From: an uncultured Chitinophaga sp.
GTDB taxonomy: Bacteria; Bacteroidota; Bacteroidia; 2-12-FULL-35-15
Assembly: GCA_964549315.1 (NCBI GenBank)
Contig: CAZJUY010000004.1
Location: 64,268 to 128,267, forward strand
Length of the DNA: 64,000 bases
Direction: 5' to 3'
Shown: piece by piece, positions 45,907 through 56,277 of the stretch
Numbering within the stretch: position 1 is the stretch's first letter
Layout of the letters: the number at the start of each line of letters is the position of its first letter
Notes under the pieces: model-generated
Told to the model about the DNA's origin: nothing
Seen by the model: only the letters and a program-made list of their open reading frames with translations
Database searches by the model: none
Program-made: the position numbers and the translations under genes

Positions 45907-47037
45907 ATGCATTTAAGTTATTGGGAAAAGGATACTTTTTTTAATTCTGTTGATATAGCAATCATTGGAAGTGGAATAGTGGGATTAAATGCTGCATTAA
46001 GCTTAAAAAAGAAGAATAAAAAATTAAAAGTGCTTGTGCTGGAAAGAGGTAGTTTGCCAATGGGAGCAAGTTCTAAAAATGCCGGTTTTGCTTGTTTTGG
46101 AAGCCCAAGTGAATTGTTGGATGATTTAAAGAATCATTCAGAGAATGAAGTGTTTTCTTTGGTAGAAAAAAGATGGAAAGGATTAGAACGTTTGGTGAAA
46201 AATCTAGGTGAAAAAAATATTGATTTTAAAAATTATGGAGGATATGAAGTGTTTGATAATAAAAAGGAGTTTGATAGATGTGCTGAAAAAATTAATTTTT
46301 TAAATAAAAAAACTTCTGCTATCATCGGTAAAAAAGAAGTTTATAAAATTGCCGGCAATAAAATCGATTCGTTTGGTTTTAAAAAAGTAAATCATTTAAT
46401 TGTAAATACTGCCGAAAGCCAAATAGATACTGGAAAAATGATTAGTACTTTAATGGCAAAAGTTCGCTCATTAGGAGTAGAAATAATTACTGGTTTTGAG
46501 GTAGATACTATCGAAGACAATAAGAAAGAAGTTCAAATTGTTTCAAAAGACGGAATTAGAATAAAGGTTGGAAAAGTGATTATAGCAACAAATGGTTTTG
46601 CAAAAAAATTACTTCCAAAATATGATGTTGAACCAGCAAGAGCACAAGTACTAATAACCAAACCAATTAAAAACTTAAAATTAAAAGGGACTTTCCATTA
46701 TCAAAGTGGCTATTATTATTTCAGGAATGTTGGAGATAGAGTATTGTTTGGCGGTGGAAGAAATTTAGATTTTAAAACGGAAAATACAACTGAGTTTGGA
46801 TTGACAAAAACTGTCCAAGATAAATTAGATTCAATGCTGAAGTCAATGATTTTGCCTTATGCTAAATTTGAAATTGATATGCGCTGGAGTGGAATAATGG
46901 GTGTGGGTTCACAAAAAAAATCAATAGTAAAATCAGTTTCAAAAAATGTTTTTTGCGCTGTGCGTATGGGCGGAATGGGAGTTGCTATCGGAAGTTTAGT
47001 TGGGGAAGAAGTTGCTCAATTAGTAATGGAAAGTTAA
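45907..47037 (+). CDS. FAD-dependent oxidoreductase (DAO family)
   Basis: VDIAIIGSGIVGLNAAL is the dinucleotide-binding motif. The length is 376 aa. Confidence 0.7.
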   Translation: MHLSYWEKDTFFNSVDIAIIGSGIVGLNAALSLKKKNKKLKVLVLERGSLPMGASSKNAGFACFGSPSELLDDLKNHSENEVFSLVEKRWKGLERLVKNLGEKNIDFKNYGGYEVFDNKKEFDRCAEKINFLNKKTSAIIGKKEVYKIAGNKIDSFGFKKVNHLIVNTAESQIDTGKMISTLMAKVRSLGVEIITGFEVDTIEDNKKEVQIVSKDGIRIKVGKVIIATNGFAKKLLPKYDVEPARAQVLITKPIKNLKLKGTFHYQSGYYYFRNVGDRVLFGGGRNLDFKTENTTEFGLTKTVQDKLDSMLKSMILPYAKFEIDMRWSGIMGVGSQKKSIVKSVSKNVFCAVRMGGMGVAIGSLVGEEVAQLVMES

Positions 47038-48486
47038 TTACGGAGCATATTCATAAGCTCCAATATCTGGAATCCCGCTTCTTAAATTTCCATTTAAATC
47101 AAAAGGGATACTAATAAATGTATCACCTGCATCAATTGCTGGAGAGCCTGTGTTTATTCTATAATCATTCGCATCCGTATCTTTAAAAAGCGGATTGAAA
47201 TTTTTAAGGTTTGTATTGTAAAATACAGTATTTGTTGTGTTGAGAGTTGTTTTTAAAATGCAATGATTAAAATGATATTTCATATAAAATCCACTTCCTA
47301 CTGCTGTAGTAGAATCAATTGCAATTTCATCAGCAATAGTTCCAAATAAAATACAATTTCCAAAATAGCAACTATCCATTGGGCGAACAAATAACGTGCT
47401 TCCGCTTGTGTAATAATTGTTAATAGCAAGTATTGGAGTTGTTCTATTATCTGCTGTCCAAAAATTTGCAAATGTGCATTGTTCAAATTTGTATTTCCCT
47501 CCAATAGTAAGTGCTGCAACATATTGTCCGCAATTCGCAAAAACACAATTATTACTCCATATATGCGCACCTTGTGCATACAATGCAGCTGCTTGCATAT
47601 TTTTTATAATAGTATTGCTAAGTTTTAATGTTGGTGTTCCAGCTGTAACTACTGTATCTACTTGTATTCCAATAGCACCATTTTTAATTATGGCGTAATT
47701 AATCACATTATTTTTACTTCCTGCCATCAAATGTATTTTTCCCCATTGGCCTGGCAATTCCTTGTAATCTGGCTCTAATCTGCTTCCTTGGATAACTACT
47801 TCATTGTTTTTTGTACCATTCATAATTAAGGTTCCTTTATAAACAGCAAGAACTGCATTTTTGTAAAGATGTACTCTTGTTCCTTGTTGCATTGTAAGTG
47901 TACATGCAGAATCTACAAATGCATAACCAAAAATCAAATGAGGTTTGTCATTCGTCCATACATCATTACAAGGTATAATAGAATAAGCAGGAAAACCATT
48001 AGTAGGAAAATTTGTTGGTTTGTGTAAATACACGTCTTGGCCAATTGCCACAAGTTTTACATCTTGAACATTTCCATTTGTTTCAAAAATAATTGAGTCC
48101 TTAATAATTAATGGAGAATTTATTCCTGTTGGGTCCACCGTAACTTGAACAAAAACAAACAAACTATCGCCTCCTAATATTTCTACATCTCTGATTATAG
48201 GATTACTTGGCGAAGTATAAAAACCATCCACATTAATTCTGTATTGAGAATTAGCACCCGTTCCTAAAAATATTTTAGAAATATTTAACGGCTGATTATG
48301 TCGATTATATATTCTAAAACTTTTAGTTGTAGAGCCTACTTGTGAAAACACAGTGTCAAACATTACCGTATCTTTTGAAAATTCTATTTTGGCAGAAGGG
48401 TCTGTTAGCAATTCATCTTTTTTGCAAGAAGAAAATAATAACGTTGATATAAATAAAAGCGCTACAGCTGTTTTGGAAAAATTCAT
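47038..48486 (-). CDS. Hypothetical lipoprotein with a predicted right-handed parallel beta-helix
   Basis: The lipobox is LFSSC. Recurrent N/G-rich turns such as NNCVFANCGQY...FEQCTFANFW are typical of pectin-lyase-like folds. Confidence 0.45.
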   Translation of the reverse strand: MNFSKTAVALLFISTLLFSSCKKDELLTDPSAKIEFSKDTVMFDTVFSQVGSTTKSFRIYNRHNQPLNISKIFLGTGANSQYRINVDGFYTSPSNPIIRDVEILGGDSLFVFVQVTVDPTGINSPLIIKDSIIFETNGNVQDVKLVAIGQDVYLHKPTNFPTNGFPAYSIIPCNDVWTNDKPHLIFGYAFVDSACTLTMQQGTRVHLYKNAVLAVYKGTLIMNGTKNNEVVIQGSRLEPDYKELPGQWGKIHLMAGSKNNVINYAIIKNGAIGIQVDTVVTAGTPTLKLSNTIIKNMQAAALYAQGAHIWSNNCVFANCGQYVAALTIGGKYKFEQCTFANFWTADNRTTPILAINNYYTSGSTLFVRPMDSCYFGNCILFGTIADEIAIDSTTAVGSGFYMKYHFNHCILKTTLNTTNTVFYNTNLKNFNPLFKDTDANDYRINTGSPAIDAGDTFISIPFDLNGNLRSGIPDIGAYEYAP

Positions 48487-48600
48487 TACACAAATATACG
48501 TATTGAGGTTTTATAACGCTTATTTGTTTGATTTATTTTGTTTGAATAAAAAAAGCCAATACAATTAATTTGTATTGGCTTTAAAATTTATTTTAATTTT

Positions 48601-50709
48601 TTATTCTGTGATAATTAATTTTCTTGTTACAGAAGTGTTGTTAACTGTAAGTTTAACAAAATAAATTCCGTTATTTAAATCCATTTCATTTCTTGAAATG
48701 TTTATTTTATAATCTCCTTCTGTTTGGATTGTATTAACAGGTAGGCTAATTGTTTTACCTAGTACATCCACTATCTCTACTTTTACTTCAGATTTTTCAA
48801 CTAAATGATAAAAAATATTTGTTGTTTGATTTGTAGGATTTGGGAAAATTGACAAATCAAATGTGTTTGTATTTTCGGAAATTCCTACAACACCACTAAT
48901 ATTTATATCATCAATGTAAACGCTGTTTGATTCAGGACCTGAAGTAAATTCAAACTTGAATCGTACGTTTTGATTGTTTAAAGTAGAAGGAAGTGTAATG
49001 TTTTTTGTTACCCACTGATTTGCATTTGTAGGAGTAAAGAATCCGCTGCTAAAGCCATTGTTTGCAAGTGTAGCATTTGAGATTGTTCCTCCGGATAGAA
49101 TTACCCAAGACGCACCACAATTTGTAGAAGAATAAACTTTTAGCACATCTTTTATATCCGCTGCTACTGTGCCACGAGAAGATCCAGCATATTTGAATGA
49201 AAGTGTTGCAGGTGTAACCCAAGCCAAATTTAAAGAAGGGCTTATAATTTCATCTACATCATTCAAATAGTTTTGGAATCCGTTCATCAATAAAGATTTT
49301 GAACTGTTGTAACCAGCATAATTAACATGAGTAAATGTGTTTAGATTATTGTCAAGATTGTTTATTTTCCAGTTATACCAAAAACTATTTGCATCTTCAA
49401 AATTCTCGGTATAACCGTTACCCATATAATCGCCCCAAGGATTGTTTACTGTTATATACTCTGTTTTTACCAGCGTATCTGTGCCAGCAGCATTCGAAGC
49501 CACTAGCATTACATCATAGGTTCCTGCAGTATTATATGTTATTGTTGGGTTTGCTAATGTAGATGTACTTGGAGTTCCTCCTGGAAAGTACCAAGTTGTA
49601 GTTACTGGTGAAGCGTCTGCAAATAAAATATTTTTAACAAATGTAATTGTACCACCTGGGCAAACGGTTGTTTTGTTACTTTGGGTGTAAAAATCAGGAA
49701 AAGGAATACATTGATTTCCTCCTATTACGCCTGTTTCAATTAAATTAGAATTTATCCACAAGTGGTTGCGGCTTGCAACTGTACTCTCCAATGCTGCACG
49801 CATACGCGCTTTTTGCCCTTCAGTAAACATTGTAATACAGCTTGAATAATCCATATAATTTTGAACATTTTCGAAAATTCCAGATGTACACGTTTGGTCA
49901 TTTAATGGGCAAGTAGAAAAGTGGCCCATTGTAATTGGTGTGTCATCTACCAAGTCATCACCACAAGCAACTCCAGGTTGATTTGTAGAGCCCCAAGTAT
50001 GCTGTAAATTTATCCAATGTCCTACTTCATGTGTTAAAGTTCTTGATGTACCATTAACTTGGGAAGATAGCATCATAATACCATCATAAGAATAAAATGC
50101 TCCTGCTACTGCAGAAGGGAATAAGGCAAAGCCCAAAGTAGTTCCTCCTCCGCTACTTGGAATGTTTTTAACAACCCATACATTTAAATATTTTTCACGT
50201 GGCCATTGATTCAACTTTGATTCATTTTCACCATTTAAAGTTTGATGGCTGTAAATTCTGTCAATTCCGTTTGTGCAATTTCCGTTAGGGTCTTTTTGAG
50301 CCAATCTAAATTCAATTTTACAATCCGCAGCAATTGAATCAAATCCATTTACTGTTGCTGCTGTGTCTGCATTTAGTTTTCTAAAGTCTAAGTTTAACCT
50401 GTTTACTTGTGCAAAAACTTGAGCATCAGAAATATTTTCGCTTCCGTAAGTATGCAAAATGTGAAATACAATTGGTATAATACGAACAGGTTCAGTTGCT
50501 GCTGATTTTTGATTTTTTTTAGCATTTATTTGATTTGCAATCGCATCATTATAGTCTTTTTCAGCCTGAATAAGCTCAGGATGCTTTTGCTTTAATTCAT
50601 TTGTAATCTCAGTGGTTCCACAAGGATAAATTGTTTGGCTTTTTGATTGTATAGAAATCATTGTTGCTATAACAAAAAAGCTTGATGGGATAAGTAGTTT
50701 TATTTTCAT
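48601..50709 (-). CDS. M43 (ulilysin/pappalysin-like) zinc metalloprotease with a T9SS type A C-terminal sorting domain
   Basis: HEVGHWINLQHTWG is an HExxHxxGxxH zincin motif. The C-terminus, FPNPTNQTTNIFY...GIYFVKL, is a Por_Secre_tail. Confidence 0.75.
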   Translation of the reverse strand: MKIKLLIPSSFFVIATMISIQSKSQTIYPCGTTEITNELKQKHPELIQAEKDYNDAIANQINAKKNQKSAATEPVRIIPIVFHILHTYGSENISDAQVFAQVNRLNLDFRKLNADTAATVNGFDSIAADCKIEFRLAQKDPNGNCTNGIDRIYSHQTLNGENESKLNQWPREKYLNVWVVKNIPSSGGGTTLGFALFPSAVAGAFYSYDGIMMLSSQVNGTSRTLTHEVGHWINLQHTWGSTNQPGVACGDDLVDDTPITMGHFSTCPLNDQTCTSGIFENVQNYMDYSSCITMFTEGQKARMRAALESTVASRNHLWINSNLIETGVIGGNQCIPFPDFYTQSNKTTVCPGGTITFVKNILFADASPVTTTWYFPGGTPSTSTLANPTITYNTAGTYDVMLVASNAAGTDTLVKTEYITVNNPWGDYMGNGYTENFEDANSFWYNWKINNLDNNLNTFTHVNYAGYNSSKSLLMNGFQNYLNDVDEIISPSLNLAWVTPATLSFKYAGSSRGTVAADIKDVLKVYSSTNCGASWVILSGGTISNATLANNGFSSGFFTPTNANQWVTKNITLPSTLNNQNVRFKFEFTSGPESNSVYIDDINISGVVGISENTNTFDLSIFPNPTNQTTNIFYHLVEKSEVKVEIVDVLGKTISLPVNTIQTEGDYKINISRNEMDLNNGIYFVKLTVNNTSVTRKLIITE

Positions 50710-50899
50710 ACTAGTTGAATTACAGTTTGTAAGTACAATTTTAATTAAAAAAATTGTAAAAAATGAGGCAAAAAAATAAATGGCTGACTTTTTTTATTAA
50801 AAGGTAGAATTTCAACATAAGTGGTAATAACAAAATATGACTTATTGGCGTTTAAAAACAAATCGGTACAAAACTTTACAGCATTTTATTTGATTATAT

Positions 50900-51598
50900 A
50901 TGATTTATAAAAGTTCAAAAATTTTACACAGCTTATCTTACCCCTTGCTTTTTGTTGCATTAATGTGGTCGGTAAAACTGTTTGAGAACCTAACCGGAAT
51001 TAGTATGGTTTGGTATGGCATTTACCCTCGAACACTTCATGGTTTGATAGGTATTATTACTTCGCCTTTAATTCATGGTGATTATTCACACTTGTTTTCT
51101 AATACTGTTCCATTAATAGTTTTAGGAGGAATCATGTTTTTCTTTTATAGGCCTATTGCATTTCAGGTATTCTTTTGGATTTATTTAATGACAAATATTT
51201 GGGTTTGGGCAGCAGCTCGGGATTCATACCATATTGGTGCTAGTGGTATTTTGTATGGTTTTTTATGTTTTTTATTTTTTAGCGGACTTTTCAGAAAAAA
51301 TCCACAATTGCTTGCCTTGTCTTTATTTGTTACAGTTTTATATGGAAGTATGGTATGGGGCGTTTTGCCAATTAAGAATGGAATGTCTTGGGAATCACAT
51401 TTGTTAGGTTCTTTGGCTGGAATTATAACAGCTTACCATTTTAGAAAAGAAGGACCGAAAGAAAAAAAATACGATTGGGGTAGTGATGAAGAAAATGAAA
51501 TGATTGATGTGAGTGGAGAACAAATGTCTGATGACATTGAAGCTCCAAATGATACTGTTCAAATCAATTATACATATAAGGAAAACGAAAAAGAATAG
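50900..51598 (+). CDS. Rhomboid family intramembrane serine protease
   Basis: HIGASGILYG contains the GxSG catalytic Ser, and the later SHLLGSLAGI contains the catalytic His. The protein has 6 TM helices. Confidence 0.65.
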   Translation: MIYKSSKILHSLSYPLLFVALMWSVKLFENLTGISMVWYGIYPRTLHGLIGIITSPLIHGDYSHLFSNTVPLIVLGGIMFFFYRPIAFQVFFWIYLMTNIWVWAAARDSYHIGASGILYGFLCFLFFSGLFRKNPQLLALSLFVTVLYGSMVWGVLPIKNGMSWESHLLGSLAGIITAYHFRKEGPKEKKYDWGSDEENEMIDVSGEQMSDDIEAPNDTVQINYTYKENEKE

Positions 51599-51644
51599 TG
51601 TTCTAAAAACTATTTGTAAATTCGTGATATATAAATTTCGTTTT

Positions 51645-52115
51645 ATGACAAAAAACATTGCCATATTTCCTGGTTCATTTGATCCCATTACAAAAGGGCA
51701 TGAAAGCATTTTGAGAAGAGCCTTGCCTTTGTTCGACCATATAGTTGTTGCTATAGGTATAAATAGCCACAAACAAAATTATTTTACACTGGAACAACGC
51801 GAAGCGTGGATAAAGCAAGTTTTTAAGGACGAAAAAAAAGTGTCTGTAGCTACTTATTCAGGTTTAACAATAGATTTTTGTAAGCAAGTGGGAGCAAGTT
51901 TTATTGTTCGTGGTTTGCGTACTTCTGCCGATTTTGAATTTGAAAAAGCAATCGCTCAGAATAATAAGATAATGGCTCCTGATATAGAAACTGTTTTTAT
52001 TTTACCAGTGCCAGAATTGTCTGCAATAAATTCTACAATTGTGCGCGATATTATTCGTAATGGAGGCGATACAAGCCCATTTGTCCCCGAAGGAATTATT
52101 TTAAAGAAACAATAA
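51645..52115 (+). CDS. coaD: Pantetheine-phosphate adenylyltransferase
   Basis: IAIFPGSFDPITKGHESI contains the H/TxGH motif. The protein is ~156 aa from the ATG at 51645. Confidence 0.9.
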   Translation: MTKNIAIFPGSFDPITKGHESILRRALPLFDHIVVAIGINSHKQNYFTLEQREAWIKQVFKDEKKVSVATYSGLTIDFCKQVGASFIVRGLRTSADFEFEKAIAQNNKIMAPDIETVFILPVPELSAINSTIVRDIIRNGGDTSPFVPEGIILKKQ

Positions 52116-52156
52116 GGCATAGCTATTGTACGTTACCTTTATCTAACCTAATAAAA

Positions 52157-53581
52157 ATGTTAAAGAATTTTTATTTCATTTTGCTTTTATTGCCTTTTGG
52201 TTTGAAATCTCAAACGCACAACCTAATTATTCAGGGTAAAGCAAATGGTTATGAAAACAAAGAGCTGGCTGTATGGGTTAACAATGATTACATTTCTAAT
52301 ACTCAAAAGCAAATTACGTTTTGCCAAATTGATTCTGCCGGAAATTTTATTTTAGAGTTTAATACTAAAGCCATTCAATATATAACATTAAAGATTGAAA
52401 AAAATATTGCCTCTATGTATATTGAACCAAATAGGGTGTATGATGTTATAATCAATCAGCCTGATTCAGTAACTTATTTTAATAAAAATATAGAGCATGA
52501 TGTTTCTATTTCCATTAATTTAAAAAGCAAAACCGAAATCAATGCTTTAACAATGGATTACGATAAGCGTTTTGATGACTTTCTATCTGTTGAATATAAA
52601 TCTTTTGTTAGCAGAATGCCACAAGCAAAAATAGATTCATTTAAGTTGGCAATAGAAAATTATTATTCAACTGTAAATAATCCGTATTTCAAAAATTACA
52701 TCACTTATTCCATTGCATCTTTGCAAGAAAAAACAAAAGAATCAGAAAAAAAATTATTTAAAAATTATTTGGATGGAAAGCCTGTTTTGTACAATCATCC
52801 AGAATACATGAATTTTTTTAATACATTTTACAAACAAAAATTAGAAACCTTTAGTTTAACCAAACAAGGAGAAGCTATCAATTTTACCATTAATGAAAGT
52901 GCTAGCTTTAAAGGCACAAAAGACTTTTTAAAACGTGATGACTTTTTGAAAAATGATACTATATGTGAGTTGGTTTTAATAAAAGGATTGTTCGAAGGTT
53001 ATTATTCAAATACATTTAAAAGAGCAAGTATTAAAGCAATGTTGCAACAAGCAGTTGCCGAAAGTAATATTGAAGCACATAAACAAATTGCACAAAATTG
53101 TTTAAATACCTTTTCTAAAATGCAAAAAGGGAGTATGGCTGCATTTTTTGAATTACCTGATAAAAATGGTGTTACACATAGTTTAGACGAATTAAAAAAG
53201 AAAAAATTTATTTATGTCAATTTTTATGATGCAAATTGTGTTACCTGTTTAAGACAAATGAAAGCCATGCCTGCTTTAAAAAAGAAGTATGGTGATAAAA
53301 TAGAATTTATTAGTATTTCAACTGACAAAACAAATGCTGATTTGAAAAACTTTTTGCTTAAAAATCCAAAATTTGATTGGTTGTTTTTATATGACAATAC
53401 TTCAGGTAAACTAAAAACAGATTATGAAATAATTACTTATCCTGCTTATTTTTTAATTAGTCCTGATGGTAAATTTATTCAAGTACCGGCTGATAGTCCC
53501 GAACAAGATATTGAACAATTGTTTTATGATTTAACCAAGCCCAAAACAAAACCGCATAATGTGGGGAGTAAGCAGAATTAA
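52157..53581 (+). CDS. Secreted TlpA-like thiol-disulfide oxidoreductase with an N-terminal DUF4369-like domain
   Basis: It has a signal peptide. The C-terminal thioredoxin fold carries a CVTC active-site motif (YVNFYDANCVTCLRQM). Confidence 0.6.
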   Translation: MLKNFYFILLLLPFGLKSQTHNLIIQGKANGYENKELAVWVNNDYISNTQKQITFCQIDSAGNFILEFNTKAIQYITLKIEKNIASMYIEPNRVYDVIINQPDSVTYFNKNIEHDVSISINLKSKTEINALTMDYDKRFDDFLSVEYKSFVSRMPQAKIDSFKLAIENYYSTVNNPYFKNYITYSIASLQEKTKESEKKLFKNYLDGKPVLYNHPEYMNFFNTFYKQKLETFSLTKQGEAINFTINESASFKGTKDFLKRDDFLKNDTICELVLIKGLFEGYYSNTFKRASIKAMLQQAVAESNIEAHKQIAQNCLNTFSKMQKGSMAAFFELPDKNGVTHSLDELKKKKFIYVNFYDANCVTCLRQMKAMPALKKKYGDKIEFISISTDKTNADLKNFLLKNPKFDWLFLYDNTSGKLKTDYEIITYPAYFLISPDGKFIQVPADSPEQDIEQLFYDLTKPKTKPHNVGSKQN

Positions 53582-53677
53582 TGTATTAAAATACATTATT
53601 CTTTAATCTGCTTAAATTTATCAAATAATTCAAATTTTTATTAGCTTTGCCTTCCGAAAAAATTAATAATAGAACGA

Positions 53678-54736
53678 ATGGCAAATAAAAAAATCGAAGA
53701 GTTATTAGGTGCAAATGCCGATAATTTATTGAATCATACTTGTAAAGGAATTCCTAAAGAAAGTATTCACCTTCCGGGAGCAGACTTTGTTGACCGTATT
53801 TTTAAAGATTCAAATCGTAGCCCACAAGTTATTCGTAGTCTTCAACAATTATATGGTACAGGGCGTTTAGCCAATACTGGCTATATGAGTATTTTGCCTG
53901 TTGACCAAGGAATTGAGCACAGTGCAGGTGCTTCATTTGCTCCAAATCCAATGTATTTTGACTCTGAGAATATTGTAAAACTTGCTCTTGAAGGTGGTTG
54001 TAATGCTGTTGCATCTACTTATGGTGTTTTGGCTTCAGTTTCGCGTAAATACGCACATAAAATCCCTTTTATTGTAAAAATAAATCACAACGAATTTTTA
54101 TCATACCCTAATAAATTTGACCAAATAATGTTTGGTACAGTTGAATCTGCTTGGAATATGGGAGCAGTAGCAGTAGGAGCAACCATATATTTTGGTTCAC
54201 CAGAATCGGGTCGCCAAATTGTAGAAGTAGCAAAAGCATTTGAAAGAGCGCATGAATTAGGTATGGCTACTATTCTTTGGTGTTATACTCGTAACAGTGC
54301 TTTCAAAAAAGATGGTGTGGACTATCATACTGCAACCGATTTGTCATCACAAGCAAACCACTTGGGAGTTACTATTCAAGCAGATATTATCAAACAAAAA
54401 TTATCGGATAAAAATGGTGGTTATTTGGCAACAGGTCATGGTAAAACACATCCAAAAGTTTATTCTGAATTAACTACTGATAATCCTATTGATTTAAATC
54501 GTTACCAAGTGGCTAATTGTTATATGGGCCGTATGGGGTTAATTAATAGCGGAGGTGAATCAAAAGGTGCTAGTGATTTAGCAGAAGCAGTTACTACGGC
54601 AGTAATTAATAAACGTGCTGGTGGGCAAGGATTGATTTCTGGACGTAAAGCATTTCAAAAACCTTACAAAGAGGGAATAGAATTATTGAATACAATTCAG
54701 GATATTTATTTAGATAAAACAATTACGATTGCTTAA
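53678..54736 (+). CDS. Class I fructose-bisphosphate aldolase (FbaB/DhnA type)
   Basis: The ~350-aa protein has a DhnA-type TIM barrel with the N-terminal [22 protein letters not shown] segment. It resembles E. coli FbaB. Confidence 0.8.
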   Translation: MANKKIEELLGANADNLLNHTCKGIPKESIHLPGADFVDRIFKDSNRSPQVIRSLQQLYGTGRLANTGYMSILPVDQGIEHSAGASFAPNPMYFDSENIVKLALEGGCNAVASTYGVLASVSRKYAHKIPFIVKINHNEFLSYPNKFDQIMFGTVESAWNMGAVAVGATIYFGSPESGRQIVEVAKAFERAHELGMATILWCYTRNSAFKKDGVDYHTATDLSSQANHLGVTIQADIIKQKLSDKNGGYLATGHGKTHPKVYSELTTDNPIDLNRYQVANCYMGRMGLINSGGESKGASDLAEAVTTAVINKRAGGQGLISGRKAFQKPYKEGIELLNTIQDIYLDKTITIA

Positions 54737-54819
54737 AATCAGTCATTAGTAATTAGTCTATTAGTTGAGAAGGAATTCAAAGGCTAACCACTAAGTACTA
54801 AAGACTCAATACTAAAAAA

Positions 54820-55671
54820 ATGAGTTGGTTTAAAAGAAAAAAAGAAGGAATTACTACTACTACCGGAGAGAAGAAAGAAACACCAGAAGGCTTGTGGTAC
54901 AAATGTCCTAAATGCAAAAAAATATCGGCTACAAACGAGCATGCTGCAAACCTTTTTGTTTGTACAAATGCTGAATGTAGTTATCATGATAAAATCGGTT
55001 CAAAAGAATATTTTGAAATTATTTTTGATAACAATGAGTTTGTGGAATTGAATGCTAATTTAACAGCTGGCGACCCTTTAAATTTTACGGATACAAAAAA
55101 ATATACCGATAGATTAAAAGATAGTATCAAAAAAACAGAGTTAAAAGATGCTATCAGAACTGCACACGGTAAAGTAGAGGGAGAAGATTTGGTTGTTGCT
55201 TGTATGGATTTCAGCTTTATTGGTGGTTCAATGGGTTCGGTAGTAGGAGAAAAAATTGCAAGAGCCATTGATTATTGCATTGAAAAACGTATTCCTTTTA
55301 TGATTATTTCAAAATCGGGTGGAGCGCGTATGATGGAAGCTGCTTTTTCATTGATGCAAATGGCAAAAACATCAGCTAAACTATCTTTATTGGCTGAAGC
55401 TAAAATACCTTATATTTCATTTTTAACAGATCCTACAACTGGCGGAGTAACAGCATCTTATGCTATGCTTGGTGATTTAAATATTGCTGAACCAGGAGCA
55501 TTAATAGGGTTTGCTGGACCACGTGTTGTAAAAGAAACAATAGGTAAAGATTTGCCAAAAGGTTTTCAAACTTCTGAGTTTGTTTTGGAACATGGGTTTT
55601 TGGATAAAATTGTTAGCCGATTGGAGCTAAAGGCAAAATTGGCGCAATTGCTTAGAATGTTTAAAAACTAA
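54820..55671 (+). CDS. accD: Acetyl-CoA carboxylase carboxyltransferase subunit beta
   Basis: It has an N-terminal Cys4 zinc ribbon, CPKCKK...[24 protein letters not shown] is the carboxyltransferase motif. Confidence 0.95.
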   Translation: MSWFKRKKEGITTTTGEKKETPEGLWYKCPKCKKISATNEHAANLFVCTNAECSYHDKIGSKEYFEIIFDNNEFVELNANLTAGDPLNFTDTKKYTDRLKDSIKKTELKDAIRTAHGKVEGEDLVVACMDFSFIGGSMGSVVGEKIARAIDYCIEKRIPFMIISKSGGARMMEAAFSLMQMAKTSAKLSLLAEAKIPYISFLTDPTTGGVTASYAMLGDLNIAEPGALIGFAGPRVVKETIGKDLPKGFQTSEFVLEHGFLDKIVSRLELKAKLAQLLRMFKN

Positions 55672-55757
55672 AAGGTTACCGAAAAGGTGCAGAGTCGCTA
55701 ATGGGTTTTAAAAACGTTAATTTTTAGTTATTTCAACCCAATTTCTGTTACTTTTTA

Positions 55758-55787
55758 TTGCAGATTTAAAAAAGATAATTATCTTTG
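55758..55787 (+). promoter_or_regulatory. Putative Bacteroidota sigma-A promoter for rpsO (-33 TTG at 55758-55760; -7 TAtcTTTG at 55780-55787)
   Basis: The TAnnTTTG consensus is matched 19 bp downstream of a TTG. It lies ~60 bp upstream of the rpsO ATG. Confidence 0.35.
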
Positions 55788-55846
55788 CAACCCGATTTTG
55801 AAAATTTAAATCGGATTGAACAACAAAAAAATAAAATATTTATACA

Positions 55847-56116
55847 ATGTATTTAACTTCTGAAATTAAGAAAGGATTTTTCAAAACTCACGGTAAATCT
55901 GATAAAGATACTGGTTCTGCTGAAGGACAAGTTGCTTTGTTTACACATAGAATTGACCATTTAACGGAGCATTTGAAATCAAACAAAAAAGATTTTGGTA
56001 CTCAACGTGCTTTAATCAATTTAGTAGGTAAAAGACGTGGAATGTTAGATTATATCAAATCAAAAGATATTGAGCGTTACCGTGCTATTATCAAAAAATT
56101 AGACTTAAGAAAATAA
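55847..56116 (+). CDS. rpsO: 30S ribosomal protein S15
   Basis: The 89-aa protein has the conserved GSAEGQVALFTHRIDHLTEHLK...LVGKRR sequence. Confidence 0.95.
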   Translation: MYLTSEIKKGFFKTHGKSDKDTGSAEGQVALFTHRIDHLTEHLKSNKKDFGTQRALINLVGKRRGMLDYIKSKDIERYRAIIKKLDLRK

Positions 56117-56142
56117 TCTTAATGCATATTTAAAATATCATT

Positions 56143-56180
56143 AAAAGCATTCCGTAACAATCGGGATGCTTTTTGTGTTT
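56143..56180 (+). terminator. rpsO-pnp intergenic hairpin followed by a T-run (terminator / processing site)
   Basis: The hairpin aaaagcattccg...cgggatgctttt is followed by tgtgttt. Confidence 0.6.
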
Positions 56181-56277
56181 ATAAAAACAAGAAACTTTAA
56201 GCCGATTTTTAATCAAAAAATGAGGCAAGAGCTAAATAAGAGGTAAAAGAAAACAATAAATTAAAAAACAAAAAAAG

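Noticed and set aside
53581-53596. Palindrome atgtattaaaatacat after the TlpA-like gene as a terminator
   Set aside because: It is AT-only, forms a weak stem and has no T-run, so it was not called.
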